NCBI RefSeq assembly: GCF_000981785.2
Contig: NZ_CP011304.1
Span: forward strand, 4,110,001 to 4,142,000
From: Microcystis aeruginosa NIES-2549
GTDB taxonomy: Bacteria > Cyanobacteriota > Cyanobacteriia > Cyanobacteriales > Microcystaceae
Direction of reading: 5' to 3'
DNA length: 32,000 nucleotides
This document shows positions 1 through 8,130 of the stretch, in pieces. Under the pieces are notes generated by a model. The model was not told the origin of the DNA and ran no database searches. It was given only the letters and a program-made list of their open reading frames with translations. Every line of letters begins with the position of its first letter. Position 1 is the first letter of the stretch. Both the position numbers and the translations under genes were made by a program.

Positions 1-669
1 TTGATGGGATTCGGTGAAACCTGAAGCTAAAAATAGCGGCAATCCTCCTAAAATCATGTGCCATCCTGTGGCGCTGACGGGATCCGCATGACGACAGACA
101 AACCGGATTAAGACTGTTCCCACCGCCATGGATAGGGAAGCCAAAAGCATGAGCATTTCGCCGCTATTTAGTAATTCCTGCCAGCTAAAGTCAATATTTA
201 GCCCTTTTTGTCCAAAAAAGTCATAAAACCATTGATCGGGCAAACCAATTAAACTAATTCCCCCAATCCCTAAACCCAATCCCAACCATCCCCAGACACC
301 GATAACTTCTTTAAATAGCCAACTGGACATTAAAGCCACCGCTAGGGGTTGCGAGTCAATAATTACCGATCCTAACCCCGCCCCGGTACGATTTAATCCC
401 AGTGCCAGAAAACCTTGAAAAAGAGTGGCATCCATCAGAGCAAAAAGGGCAATCCATAACCATGCTTGCAGGGTTTTGGGCTGAGGACGACCTAAAAACC
501 AAGCTACTATTAAAACTAACATTCCGGCGGGAACCAGGCGAATTGCCGCCATAAATAGGGGGGTAGTATGGGGGATAACACCCTTCATCGCTACCATCGC
601 TGTTCCCCAGAGAAAAAACGGTGAGATAAGTAAAAGGGGCGAGGATTTCTTTAAATCTAGGTTTTCCAT
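1..669 (-). CDS. EamA/DMT-family transporter; the C-terminal end lies outside the window
   Basis: Not in the supplied track because it runs off the edge. My translation of the reverse strand from the ATG (cat at 667-669) gives MENLDLKKSSPLLLISPFFLWGTAMVAMKGVIPHTTPLFMAAIRLVPAGMLVLIVAWFLGRPQ..., open in frame to base 1. It is a polytopic hydrophobic protein with an N-terminus typical of EamA-type carriers. Confidence 0.7.
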   Translation of the reverse strand, partial: MENLDLKKSSPLLLISPFFLWGTAMVAMKGVIPHTTPLFMAAIRLVPAGMLVLIVAWFLGRPQPKTLQAWLWIALFALMDATLFQGFLALGLNRTGAGLGSVIIDSQPLAVALMSSWLFKEVIGVWGWLGLGLGIGGISLIGLPDQWFYDFFGQKGLNIDFSWQELLNSGEMLMLLASLSMAVGTVLIRFVCRHADPVSATGWHMILGGLPLFLASGFTESHQ

Positions 670-782
670 AGGTAGCGATCGATTGTTGTCGATAACAAAT
701 TTCTCTAATTGTATAAGCTAAGACCCATTTTAACCGCCTATCCTTAGATTAGCTGAATCTCCCCCAATCCCCTTACTGTTGA

Positions 783-817
783 CTCTTGCCTTTTGCCTCT
801 TGCCTCATCTCAACGAG
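783..817. repeat. Heptamer tandem array CTCTTGC/CTTTTGC/CTCTTGC/CTCATCT; a second copy lies at 19029-19067
   Basis: Direct reading shows ctcttgccttttgcctcttgcctcatctcaac. Nearly the same string, with one extra unit, recurs at 19029-19067. Period is 7 and it is intergenic. Confidence 0.8.
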
Positions 818-862
818 CAATTTAAATGCGCGGGCAGCTTAGTAGAGACCGAGGATCGGCTC

Positions 863-1906
863 TTAATTATCTTGACTTTCTCCTAACTGATTTTCCTCTA
901 AAGCTGTTATTGGTTTTTCTTGACTCGATCCGATCCAGATCGCAATCATACCAGCGATAGGAATGGAGAGAAAAACCCCTAATAATCCCGCAATTCTTTC
1001 GCCGATAAAGAGAGATAAAAATAAAATTACTGGGTTTAATTCTAGGGCATTGCCCATAACTTTAGGGCGAATAATATTATCTTGAATTTGCACCAAGACA
1101 ACACAGACAATAAAAGCTTTAACCGCAACTGCTGGTCCCTGGGAGGTAAAAGTCAAGATAGTTACCAACAAAATGCCCAGGGTTGCCCCGATACCCGGGA
1201 TAGCATCGATAATACCGAGAATACCCGCTAAAATTAGCCCATATTTGATTCCTAATACCGAAAAACTCAAGAAACTCGTCACCGATAAAAAGAGCATTAA
1301 CAACAGTTGCCCGCGAATAAATCCCAGAAAACTTTGTCGAAAAGACTTGGAAAAACGCTCCCGGTATGCTAGGGGGAGAAGTTGCAAAAAACCTCGCCAA
1401 AGTTTATCACCATCGATGAGCATATAAACACTGATCACCGCCCCGAAAACGCCCGTAAAGACACTGGAAAAAACCCCTTGTACGATCGATAAACCCGTAG
1501 CTAAACCGGTTTGTAAGCTTCCCACCATTTTATTTAAATCTAATCGATCAAGAAAGTCTTGAAAGGGTAAAAAATCTTTTTGACTCAGGGCATCGGTAAG
1601 ATTAAATAGTAGTCCTCTCCCCTGATTAACTGCTTCTAATCCTATGCCTGTGACTAATCCAAATAGGAGGACAAAAGCTGCTAGGGTGGTAATAGCAATG
1701 GCTAGTCCTCTCGGTAGATAACGGGATAACCAAACCACAGGATAATTTAATAGGGCGGCCAGGATCGCTGAACCGGTAAAAATAGCGATCATCGCGTAGA
1801 AATAGTTAATTAAGATAATTAGACTCCAGCCACAGCCAAATAATAATAGATAGCGTACTAGAATCGAGTTATTCAGAGTTTTCCAAAAGGAGCTAGAAGG
1901 GGGCAT
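863..1906 (-). CDS. AI-2E family transporter (PerM/UPF0118-type permease)
   Basis: 347-aa polytopic membrane ORF. The C-terminal half, ...AGILGIIDAIPGIGATLG...QIQDNIIRPKVMGNALELNPVILFLSLFIGERIAGLLGVFLSIPIAG, matches the conserved AI-2E/PerM signature as I recall it. Confidence 0.85.
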   Translation of the reverse strand: MPPSSSFWKTLNNSILVRYLLLFGCGWSLIILINYFYAMIAIFTGSAILAALLNYPVVWLSRYLPRGLAIAITTLAAFVLLFGLVTGIGLEAVNQGRGLLFNLTDALSQKDFLPFQDFLDRLDLNKMVGSLQTGLATGLSIVQGVFSSVFTGVFGAVISVYMLIDGDKLWRGFLQLLPLAYRERFSKSFRQSFLGFIRGQLLLMLFLSVTSFLSFSVLGIKYGLILAGILGIIDAIPGIGATLGILLVTILTFTSQGPAVAVKAFIVCVVLVQIQDNIIRPKVMGNALELNPVILFLSLFIGERIAGLLGVFLSIPIAGMIAIWIGSSQEKPITALEENQLGESQDN

Positions 1907-1935
1907 AAATAAAGCTAGAAATAGGATTTTAGCAT

Positions 1936-2796
1936 TTAGAATTGTTTTAACAAAGCTTCCCGCATGACCGAGACGGGGACGGGTTGACCTAACCAGATTT
2001 CTAGGGCGATCGCTCCCTGATTAACTAACATTTCTAACCCATCAATAATTCTTATCCCTCTAGTCCGGGCCAACCGGAGAAATTTGGTCGGCCGGGGATT
2101 ATAAATTAGATCGTAGGCGATCGCAGATGGGGGTAAAAGGTCTAATAATTCTAACTCAACAGGGGATTGTTCGCCCTGGGGGGACATTCCGATCGGGGTA
2201 GAATTAATCAGGAGTTCTGTGGTGGATACCAGCCCTTCTAATTCGTCCCAGCTATGCACTTCTAGGAGGTCATAGAGGCTTGTATTCGCCCAACTTTCTT
2301 TAAAAGGATCTAATTTCTTTTGATTGCGTCCTACCACATGAATTTCGCCACAGCCCAACTGGGCGCAAGCCACCACTACCGCCCGGGCCGCGCCGCCATT
2401 GCCTAAAATAACTGGATTCACCCGACTCCAATCTTTGTCAAGGGATTTCAAGGGTGCGAGAAAGCCATCCACATCGGTATTCGTTCCCTGCCAGCCGGTT
2501 TCCGTGCGCCAGACGGTGTTAACTGCGCCCACTAGCCTTGCTTTCTCGGTAATTTGCGATAATAAGGGAATAATTGCTAATTTATGGGGAATCGTCACGC
2601 TAAAACCCTGTAGATCGATGGCAGCCAAACCAGCGATCGCCGTTGCTAAATTTTCTGGCGCGATCGGTAGGGGAAGATAGACATAATTTAGCCCCAAGGC
2701 ATCGATAGCGGCATTGTGCATAAGGGGAGAAAGAGTATGGCCGATAGGATCGCCGATTACGCCTAATAACTTGGTTTTTCCGTTAATAATGGTCAT
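1936..2796 (-). CDS. aroE: Shikimate 5-dehydrogenase
   Basis: Motifs KLLGVIGDPIGHTLSPLMHNAA, SVTIPHK, NTDVDGF and the NADP-binding GNGGAARAV. I chose the internal ATG at 2794-2796 (MTIINGK...) rather than the track start at 2835, because the 13 extra residues are not AroE-like. Confidence 0.9.
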   Translation of the reverse strand: MTIINGKTKLLGVIGDPIGHTLSPLMHNAAIDALGLNYVYLPLPIAPENLATAIAGLAAIDLQGFSVTIPHKLAIIPLLSQITEKARLVGAVNTVWRTETGWQGTNTDVDGFLAPLKSLDKDWSRVNPVILGNGGAARAVVVACAQLGCGEIHVVGRNQKKLDPFKESWANTSLYDLLEVHSWDELEGLVSTTELLINSTPIGMSPQGEQSPVELELLDLLPPSAIAYDLIYNPRPTKFLRLARTRGIRIIDGLEMLVNQGAIALEIWLGQPVPVSVMREALLKQF

Positions 2797-2861
2797 AAAA
2801 AAAGGTGGGCTTTCCCCACCAAAGTTTGCTCTCAAGGGTGGCCAATGCTCACCTTACTATA

Positions 2862-3239
2862 CTATTTCTTGATTTCGCGGGCCATTTTCAGGAAAGGATT
2901 GATACTGTCATCGTTAGCGCGACGAACGTTATCATTAGCACCGTTAGCCTTACTATTAGCCTCGGAAGTGGCCGATTTTGCCACAATACCGTTATCGGTG
3001 ACTTTGCTGACTTCCATGGAAGAAATCTGTTTAATCGATTCGCCACCCTTTTTATTCGAGGCAGTTTTCGGGAAGGTACGTCGAATCGTGATCGGTGTCC
3101 GCATAAAGTCGATATTACCGAGAGTTTTAGCGTCATCGGGTTCTAAGTAAAAAGCCTCTTTCGGTTCCGGTGCGCTCATCTCCATCGGTTCATCGACGTA
3201 TTTCGTCTTATTGCCAAACAGGCCAAAGAATCCAGCCAT
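2862..3239 (-). CDS. Hypothetical protein (125 aa, hydrophilic, no recognisable domain)
   Basis: This is the longest ORF of four mutually overlapping ones here. A strong SD-like aggagagggag sits just upstream of the ATG on the minus strand. It is on the same strand as both neighbours. Confidence 0.55.
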   Translation of the reverse strand: MAGFFGLFGNKTKYVDEPMEMSAPEPKEAFYLEPDDAKTLGNIDFMRTPITIRRTFPKTASNKKGGESIKQISSMEVSKVTDNGIVAKSATSEANSKANGANDNVRRANDDSINPFLKMAREIKK

Positions 3240-3400
3240 TTTCTCCCTCTCCTAAATAAATATATTTACCATAAATTGCTGCTGATTGTTAAATCATATC
3301 AATATTTATGACAAAAAGCCAGGTGGGGCTTGCTGAATAAGTCTGTTGGTGGGGTTAGGAGTCAGTAGCCGGTCGTCAGGAGATTATTTTTATTTGTTCT

Positions 3401-3482
3401 CCCCACACCCTACACCCTACACCCTACGCCCTACACCCTACACCCCACACCCCACACCCCACACCCCACACCCCACACCCCA
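3401..3482. repeat. Heptanucleotide tandem array: 11.7 units of CCCCACA / CCCTACA (one CCCTACG)
   Basis: Counted unit by unit from 3401: 1x CCCCACA, 5x CCCTAC(A/G), 5x CCCCACA, then CCCCA. The array ends 1 nt before the stop codon (3484-3486) of the permease gene. Confidence 0.95.
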
Positions 3483-3483
3483 A

Positions 3484-4479
3484 TCAACGCTGTTCTAACC
3501 TACGACTGGCTAGGGACATAGAATAACAGAAAATCCAGTAAATAAACGCCAAAAATAGATAAACCTCTGGATAATCGCCGATAAATTTCGGATTAGCTAA
3601 AACCGATCCTGCCATACCCAAGAGGTCCACCAGCCCCACGATCGCCAGTAGAGAAGTATCCTTAAATAAACTGATAAATTGACCAACAATAGCGGGAATG
3701 ACCGCTTTTAAAGCTTGGGGTAGAACGATCAATAATAAAACGAAAATCGGTTTTAAACCCAAGGCTTTGGCCGCTTCAATTTGACCTTTGGGAATCGCTT
3801 GTAAACCACCCCGGACATTTTCGGCCAGATAGGCTGCTGCAAAAAGGGTAAATCCGGCGATCGCTCTGATCACTCGTTCTGGTCTGGTCCCGGCGGGTAA
3901 AATTAAAGGTAACATCACCTGGGCCATGAATAAAATTCCCAACAAAGGTAAACCGCGCAATAATTCGATATAACCAATAGATAGCCAACGAATTGCCGGT
4001 AATTCACTCTGTCTCCCCAGGGCTAATAATACCCCCAAGGGGAAAGATAAAATCATACTGGCGATCGCTACTAATAAAGTTAAGATTAAACCACTGAGAT
4101 CATCGAGAGGAATTGCCTTTAAAAATAATCCCCCCAATAGCAACCAAGCGATTAAAGGTAAAGTCAATAACCAGAGCAATCCCCACCAGCGTTGCAGAAA
4201 AGCGGGGCAACCGGGGAAGCGACCCCGGTTTAATTGCCAAGAAAACAGTGACAAAGCCGCAAGTATCGTTAAAATCAGCCAAATTCGCCATATTGACTGT
4301 TCTGGATAACGACCGACCACAAATAAACCGAGATTTTCCGTCACTACAGCCCATTTTGCCCGATTTATCGCCCAATCGAGAAAACTTAAACCACCCCAGA
4401 GGCTGAGAAATAGACCCGCAAGGGTTAAGATGACGTTGTACCAAGTGTTAAAGAGATTTTTTCTTAACCAGAGTCCCAT
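3484..4479 (-). CDS. Amino-acid ABC transporter permease (AapM/NatH-like, His/Glu/Gln/Arg/opine family)
   Basis: 331 aa and polytopic. It carries the EAA-loop-type signature AAYLAENVRGGLQAIPKGQIEAAKALGL, typical of polar amino-acid uptake permeases. Confidence 0.85.
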   Translation of the reverse strand: MGLWLRKNLFNTWYNVILTLAGLFLSLWGGLSFLDWAINRAKWAVVTENLGLFVVGRYPEQSIWRIWLILTILAALSLFSWQLNRGRFPGCPAFLQRWWGLLWLLTLPLIAWLLLGGLFLKAIPLDDLSGLILTLLVAIASMILSFPLGVLLALGRQSELPAIRWLSIGYIELLRGLPLLGILFMAQVMLPLILPAGTRPERVIRAIAGFTLFAAAYLAENVRGGLQAIPKGQIEAAKALGLKPIFVLLLIVLPQALKAVIPAIVGQFISLFKDTSLLAIVGLVDLLGMAGSVLANPKFIGDYPEVYLFLAFIYWIFCYSMSLASRRLEQR

Positions 4480-4564
4480 AAAATTCCCTAACCTCTACAG
4501 TGGTGATCCTCGTACTTATTCAGTACAATGGTGCTATTAGAAAAATTCAGACTAATTTTCGACC

Positions 4565-5080
4565 ATGAACAGTTGCATTTTAATGGCTAAAATTGTCCGT
4601 CGTCCCGAATTACGTTATACCCAAGATAATCAAACTCCCTACGCTCAAATGTTAGTCGAGTTTTCTCCCAATCGTGCCGAGGCAACCCCGACTAATTTAA
4701 GGGCCGTAGCTTGGGGAAATTTAGCCTCAGAAGTCGCTCAGAACTATCATGAAGGTGATCAGGTAATTTTAGAAGGTCGTCTCTCCATGCAGACGATCGA
4801 TCGTCCCGAAGGTTTTAAGGAAAAACGGGCCGAATTAGTCATTAGTCATCTCTATCATCTTGACGGCAGCGTGAGTAGCGGTGAAATGACGGCCCCGACT
4901 CCAGAAAAAGTCGTACCAATCAATACCCACAAATCGAATAAAACCGAGGTGGAGAAACCCGTCGCACCTGTCTCCACCGGGGATTTTGAATACGACGCAT
5001 CCTATGAACTTTCTAATCCTTCCGCTTGGCAACCTAGCGACACATCGGTGGAGGAAAATTTAGACGATATTCCTTTCTAA
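4565..5080 (+). CDS. ssb: Single-stranded DNA-binding protein
   Basis: N-terminal OB-fold pattern (IVRRPELRYTQDNQTPYAQMLVEF...), a disordered acidic/Pro-rich linker, and the canonical C-terminal tip DDIPF. Confidence 0.9.
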   Translation: MNSCILMAKIVRRPELRYTQDNQTPYAQMLVEFSPNRAEATPTNLRAVAWGNLASEVAQNYHEGDQVILEGRLSMQTIDRPEGFKEKRAELVISHLYHLDGSVSSGEMTAPTPEKVVPINTHKSNKTEVEKPVAPVSTGDFEYDASYELSNPSAWQPSDTSVEENLDDIPF

Positions 5081-5269
5081 TCACCCCGACAGAATTAATG
5101 GCTCTTCTCGATTTTGTCTGATAATTTTTGCTTATGGAATCGTGAAATGCTGATCGGGCAAGACTTTCAGCACTATTTTGACGGATATTCTATCAGTATA
5201 GACCTCGTTTCCACACAGAAACCAGAAGAGCCAAAGCTTTAACTGAGATATGGCAGGTTAGAGAAGAAT

Positions 5270-5539
5270 ATGCGTGAGGATGTCTCAATGAAAATTACCC
5301 TGAACCTACCGGATAACCTCAGCCAAGCCGAAACCTTCAACCAAGGCGACTGGCTCCGGGAGATTGCCATTGCGCTGTTTCAGCAAGAGCGGATTTCCCT
5401 CAGTCGCGCCAGTAAAATTGCCGGGATGGAAGTCATGGACTTTCAAAAACTGCTGGCAGATCGCGGTATTTGTGTTCACTACGATGTAGAAGACTTTGAG
5501 CAGGATGTTCAACATCTGCGCGATCGAGGCTGGCTATGA
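5270..5539 (+). CDS. UPF0175-family antitoxin-like protein
   Basis: About 85 aa. The pattern MKITLNLPD...REIAIALFQQERISLSRASKIAGM...F..LL...GI fits UPF0175 (COG2886) as I recall it. Its stop overlaps the next ORF's start (ATGA at 5536-5539). The start could instead be ATG 5288. Confidence 0.7.
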   Translation: MREDVSMKITLNLPDNLSQAETFNQGDWLREIAIALFQQERISLSRASKIAGMEVMDFQKLLADRGICVHYDVEDFEQDVQHLRDRGWL

Positions 5540-6024
5540 TCGTGGTCAGCGATACCTCTGCCCTTGCCAATCTGGCGATCGTCGATCATCTCTGGTTGCT
5601 AGAGTCAATTTACCAAACCGTTATTATTCCAGACGTTGTTGCTAGGGAACTAGCAGCCGCAAGTAATCCCCTCATTCCAGCCATTCTCCAATCCGGCTGG
5701 ATTCAACCCCAACCCCTCACCAACTCCGAACTCGCTAACCAGCTTCAGCAAGAACGAGGATTGGATGCTGGAGAAGCGAATGCCATAGCCTTGGCACTTG
5801 AGCTGCAAGCTGATGATCTGCTCATTGATGAACGCTTGGGGCGGCAAGAAGCCCTGCGGCTAGGGCTATCTATCATTGGTATTCTGGGCATTCTGCTCGT
5901 TGCCAAACAAAGAAGCCTCATCCCTCAAGTTCAACCTGTTATGGATACCTTGATTAGCCAAGCTGGTTTTCGTGTCAGTTCCCAGCTATATCAGCGCGTC
6001 TTAGCTTTGGCTGAAGAACTTTAG
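5536..6024 (+). CDS. DUF3368 / COG2405 PIN-like nucleic-acid-binding protein (putative toxin)
   Basis: The N-terminus MIVVSDTSALANLA...VIIPDVVARE is typical of the family. Acidic positions (D6, DAGEANA, IDE) are spaced as in PIN domains. It is translationally coupled to the UPF0175 gene. Confidence 0.7.
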   Translation: MIVVSDTSALANLAIVDHLWLLESIYQTVIIPDVVARELAAASNPLIPAILQSGWIQPQPLTNSELANQLQQERGLDAGEANAIALALELQADDLLIDERLGRQEALRLGLSIIGILGILLVAKQRSLIPQVQPVMDTLISQAGFRVSSQLYQRVLALAEEL

Positions 6025-6309
6025 TAAAGGATAAGCCAAGATAGTCTGTGGAGTCGGTATCGATCGAAACTATCGTCTCCCATACCAATGGGATCATCCT
6101 AGTTTAGTAGGTTATCTATAAATTTATAAAAACTCAATCCCTCTCTTGCCCAAGATTACAGAGCCTAAAATCCAACAGGACGGTTATCAAGAGCCAAAAT
6201 AGTTGTGTGAAAACTGTTTGAGAAATTTGTCTTCGATCTTTAGCATACTGAACTCAGATGAGCCGTATATTTATACGGGGAAAGTTCATGTATATACCCC
6301 AAAATAGTC

Positions 6310-7881
6310 CTACTGATCAGTAATTTTACTTTCAGCGAGAATTTCTTGGAGGACGGGGGATAAATTGCTAGTTAAACGACCGGATCGAATAAATTCAGCG
6401 TAGGTATCAGCTTCGATATCTAGGAGGGTTTCCCGAAGTTGTTCCATTGTTAATAGCTGTAATTGGGGATAACTATCGTTGAGAGATTGTATTTCCGCTT
6501 CTACAGTCTTTAACTTTTCTTTGACGAGATGCTGCTCATAACTAAAAAATTCTGGGGCAACATCGGGAGATTTATCTAATTTAGAAAGATAGTCTAAAAC
6601 CCTTTTTAAAGCTACCCGTCGGGCTAAAAGTTCCGCATAGTTTTCTCGAATTGGTTGATCACCGATCAAGTCTAATCTCGATAGGAAAGTTTGAATAGTT
6701 AATCCTTGAACCAAAAGGGTAAAGAGAACAACTCCGAAGACGATATCGATGATATCCTGACGATTGGGAAAAATAACCGGCACACTTAAAGCTAGGGCAA
6801 TAGAAACGGAACCGCGCAAACCTCCCCACCATAAAACCGTTTTTTCCCGCCAATTAATTTTAGTTTCCATCAAGGCATTACTAACAGTTGCCAAGGCAAA
6901 GGTAGCCAGAAAACGGGCCGCTACCACGGCGGCGATCGTGATAAAAATTAAATTGAGATTATCGGCTAAACTGGAGAGACGAATCTGATCGCCGATAAGG
7001 AGAAAAACGATCGAATTGACAAAAAAAGCGAGAAACTCCCAGAATTCCGTGACTAATAGGCGGGTACGGGGACTCATGCTGATTCTAGAGCCAAAATTAC
7101 CCAAAATAATCCCCGTAGTCACCACTCCGATTACCCCCGAACCCCCGAACTCCTCGGTTAGTAAATAAGCACCGTAGGCGGACACAAGAGTTAAAGACTG
7201 TTCCACTAGGGGTAAATCCAGACGTTGAGTCAGATAGGAGATACCAAAACCCACTAAACAACCCACTGCTACCCCGATACCGATAAAAGCCGCAATCCGG
7301 CTAATGGTTGTCTCTAAGGATAGACCACTAGCACCGAGGGGAATTTCCACCAAAAGAGCGAAAGCGACCACAGCGACCCCATCATTAAATAAGCTTTCCC
7401 CTTCCAAAAGCACGGTGAGTTTTTTACTGGCCCCTAATTCGCGAAAAAGAGCGACAACAGCGACGGGATCCGTAGAAGAAAGGCTCGCACCCACTAATAA
7501 TGCCGTAAATAGGGGTAAATTGGTCAATTCATCTAGGGTAAAACCAACCCCGAAAATCGAGATAATTACGCCGACAATAGCGAAAAGACTGACGGGAATC
7601 CAATTATCCTTCAGATCTCGCCAGCGTGTATTCCAAGCGGCTTCAAATAGCAAAGGGGGCAGAAAAATTTCTAGAATCAGTTCGGGGGATAGGTTCACCA
7701 GACGGATATCGATGAAAGCTAAACCTAAACCGACTATCACTAACAATAGGGTGTAAGGAATTTGGCGAAACCAGCTAAAAATCCTCGAAACCGTGGCCAC
7801 ACTCAGGGAAACGGACAAAACAATTAGAAATTGTTCTAAATTTTGCTTAATGACTTCATCGGTAGCGGATTCTAAACTCAT
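6310..7881 (-). CDS. Na+/H+ antiporter, CPA1 (NhaP/NhaS-type) with a C-terminal cytoplasmic domain
   Basis: The polytopic N-terminal roughly 400 aa contain ...ALLVGASLSSTDPVAVVALFRELG...LLEGESLFNDGVAVV..., the hallmark TDP / FNDG motifs of CPA1 exchangers. I use the ATG at 7879-7881 (MSLESATDE...). The track's 34-codon upstream extension runs into the tnpB 3' end and is judged spurious. Confidence 0.85.
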   Translation of the reverse strand: MSLESATDEVIKQNLEQFLIVLSVSLSVATVSRIFSWFRQIPYTLLLVIVGLGLAFIDIRLVNLSPELILEIFLPPLLFEAAWNTRWRDLKDNWIPVSLFAIVGVIISIFGVGFTLDELTNLPLFTALLVGASLSSTDPVAVVALFRELGASKKLTVLLEGESLFNDGVAVVAFALLVEIPLGASGLSLETTISRIAAFIGIGVAVGCLVGFGISYLTQRLDLPLVEQSLTLVSAYGAYLLTEEFGGSGVIGVVTTGIILGNFGSRISMSPRTRLLVTEFWEFLAFFVNSIVFLLIGDQIRLSSLADNLNLIFITIAAVVAARFLATFALATVSNALMETKINWREKTVLWWGGLRGSVSIALALSVPVIFPNRQDIIDIVFGVVLFTLLVQGLTIQTFLSRLDLIGDQPIRENYAELLARRVALKRVLDYLSKLDKSPDVAPEFFSYEQHLVKEKLKTVEAEIQSLNDSYPQLQLLTMEQLRETLLDIEADTYAEFIRSGRLTSNLSPVLQEILAESKITDQ

Positions 7882-7899
7882 TGGGTGGGAGGCAATCGG

Positions 7900-8130
7900 T
7901 GAGCGGACGTGCAAGAAAAGAACAATCTCAATTATTTTGACATCCTCGCCGCCGTAAAACGGACGGCGATTCCCAAACCTCACGATTTAGGTTTCTGCTT
8001 CTTTCCCGAAGGATTTTTCGCACCTGCCGCCCCAGTTTTACTCTGTTCTGGTCTTATGGTCGCTCCACAGACTGACACCGCAAGCCCTGCGGCCAAAATA
8101 TTTTTACTGGCGTTAATGTCTCGGTCATGG
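7900..8130 (-). ncRNA. Predicted TnpB omega/reRNA region (position inferred only)
   Basis: In characterised TnpB elements the guide RNA scaffold overlaps the 3' end of tnpB and the right end. The 7947-7968 hairpin lies in this region. No sequence-level model was applied. Confidence 0.25.

Noticed and set aside
1119-1427. ORFs 1119..1400 (-) and 1173..1427 (+) inside the AI-2E transporter gene
   Set aside because: They are alternative-frame or antisense ORFs fully embedded in a 347-aa ORF with a clear family signature. Their translations are low-complexity and Arg/Pro/Ser-rich.
2805-3150. Three ORFs (2805..3146 +, 2845..3150 +, 2888..3136 -) overlapping the 125-aa minus-strand ORF
   Set aside because: Only 2862..3239 (-) has a strong SD and an ATG and matches the strand of its neighbours. 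The others have no start context and give odd compositions. None can be confirmed without homology searches.
3401-3482. Possible CRISPR array or telomere-like sequence
   Set aside because: The unit is 7 nt with no spacers and no cas genes, so it is not CRISPR. Resemblance to eukaryotic telomeric repeats is superficial, since this is a bacterial intergenic STRR-type array.
5100-5232. 9-bp inverted repeat GGCTCTTCT / AGAAGAGCC with nested 6-bp pairs (CTGATA/TATCAG, TGCTGA/TCAGCA), suggesting a 133-nt MITE or structured RNA
   Set aside because: The 6-bp pairs are expected by chance in a 130-nt window, and the arms are asymmetrically spaced. A single 9-bp match across all spacers examined is not significant on its own.
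6263-6278. Hairpin CCGTAT-attt-ATACGG downstream of the antiporter stop, as a terminator
   Set aside because: The stem is short and AT-rich with no U-tract on either strand. It lies 30 nt or more from the stop codon, so evidence is insufficient.
7304-7756. 150-aa plus-strand ORF antisense to the antiporter gene
   Set aside because: It has a basic Ser/Thr/Arg/Lys-rich low-complexity translation, typical of the antisense frame of a hydrophobic membrane protein gene.
7882-7983. 34-codon N-terminal extension of the antiporter ORF overlapping the tnpB stop
   Set aside because: The extension (MRFGNRRPFYGGEDVK...) crosses the IS right-end hairpin and is not antiporter-like. The internal ATG at 7881 gives a normal N-terminus.
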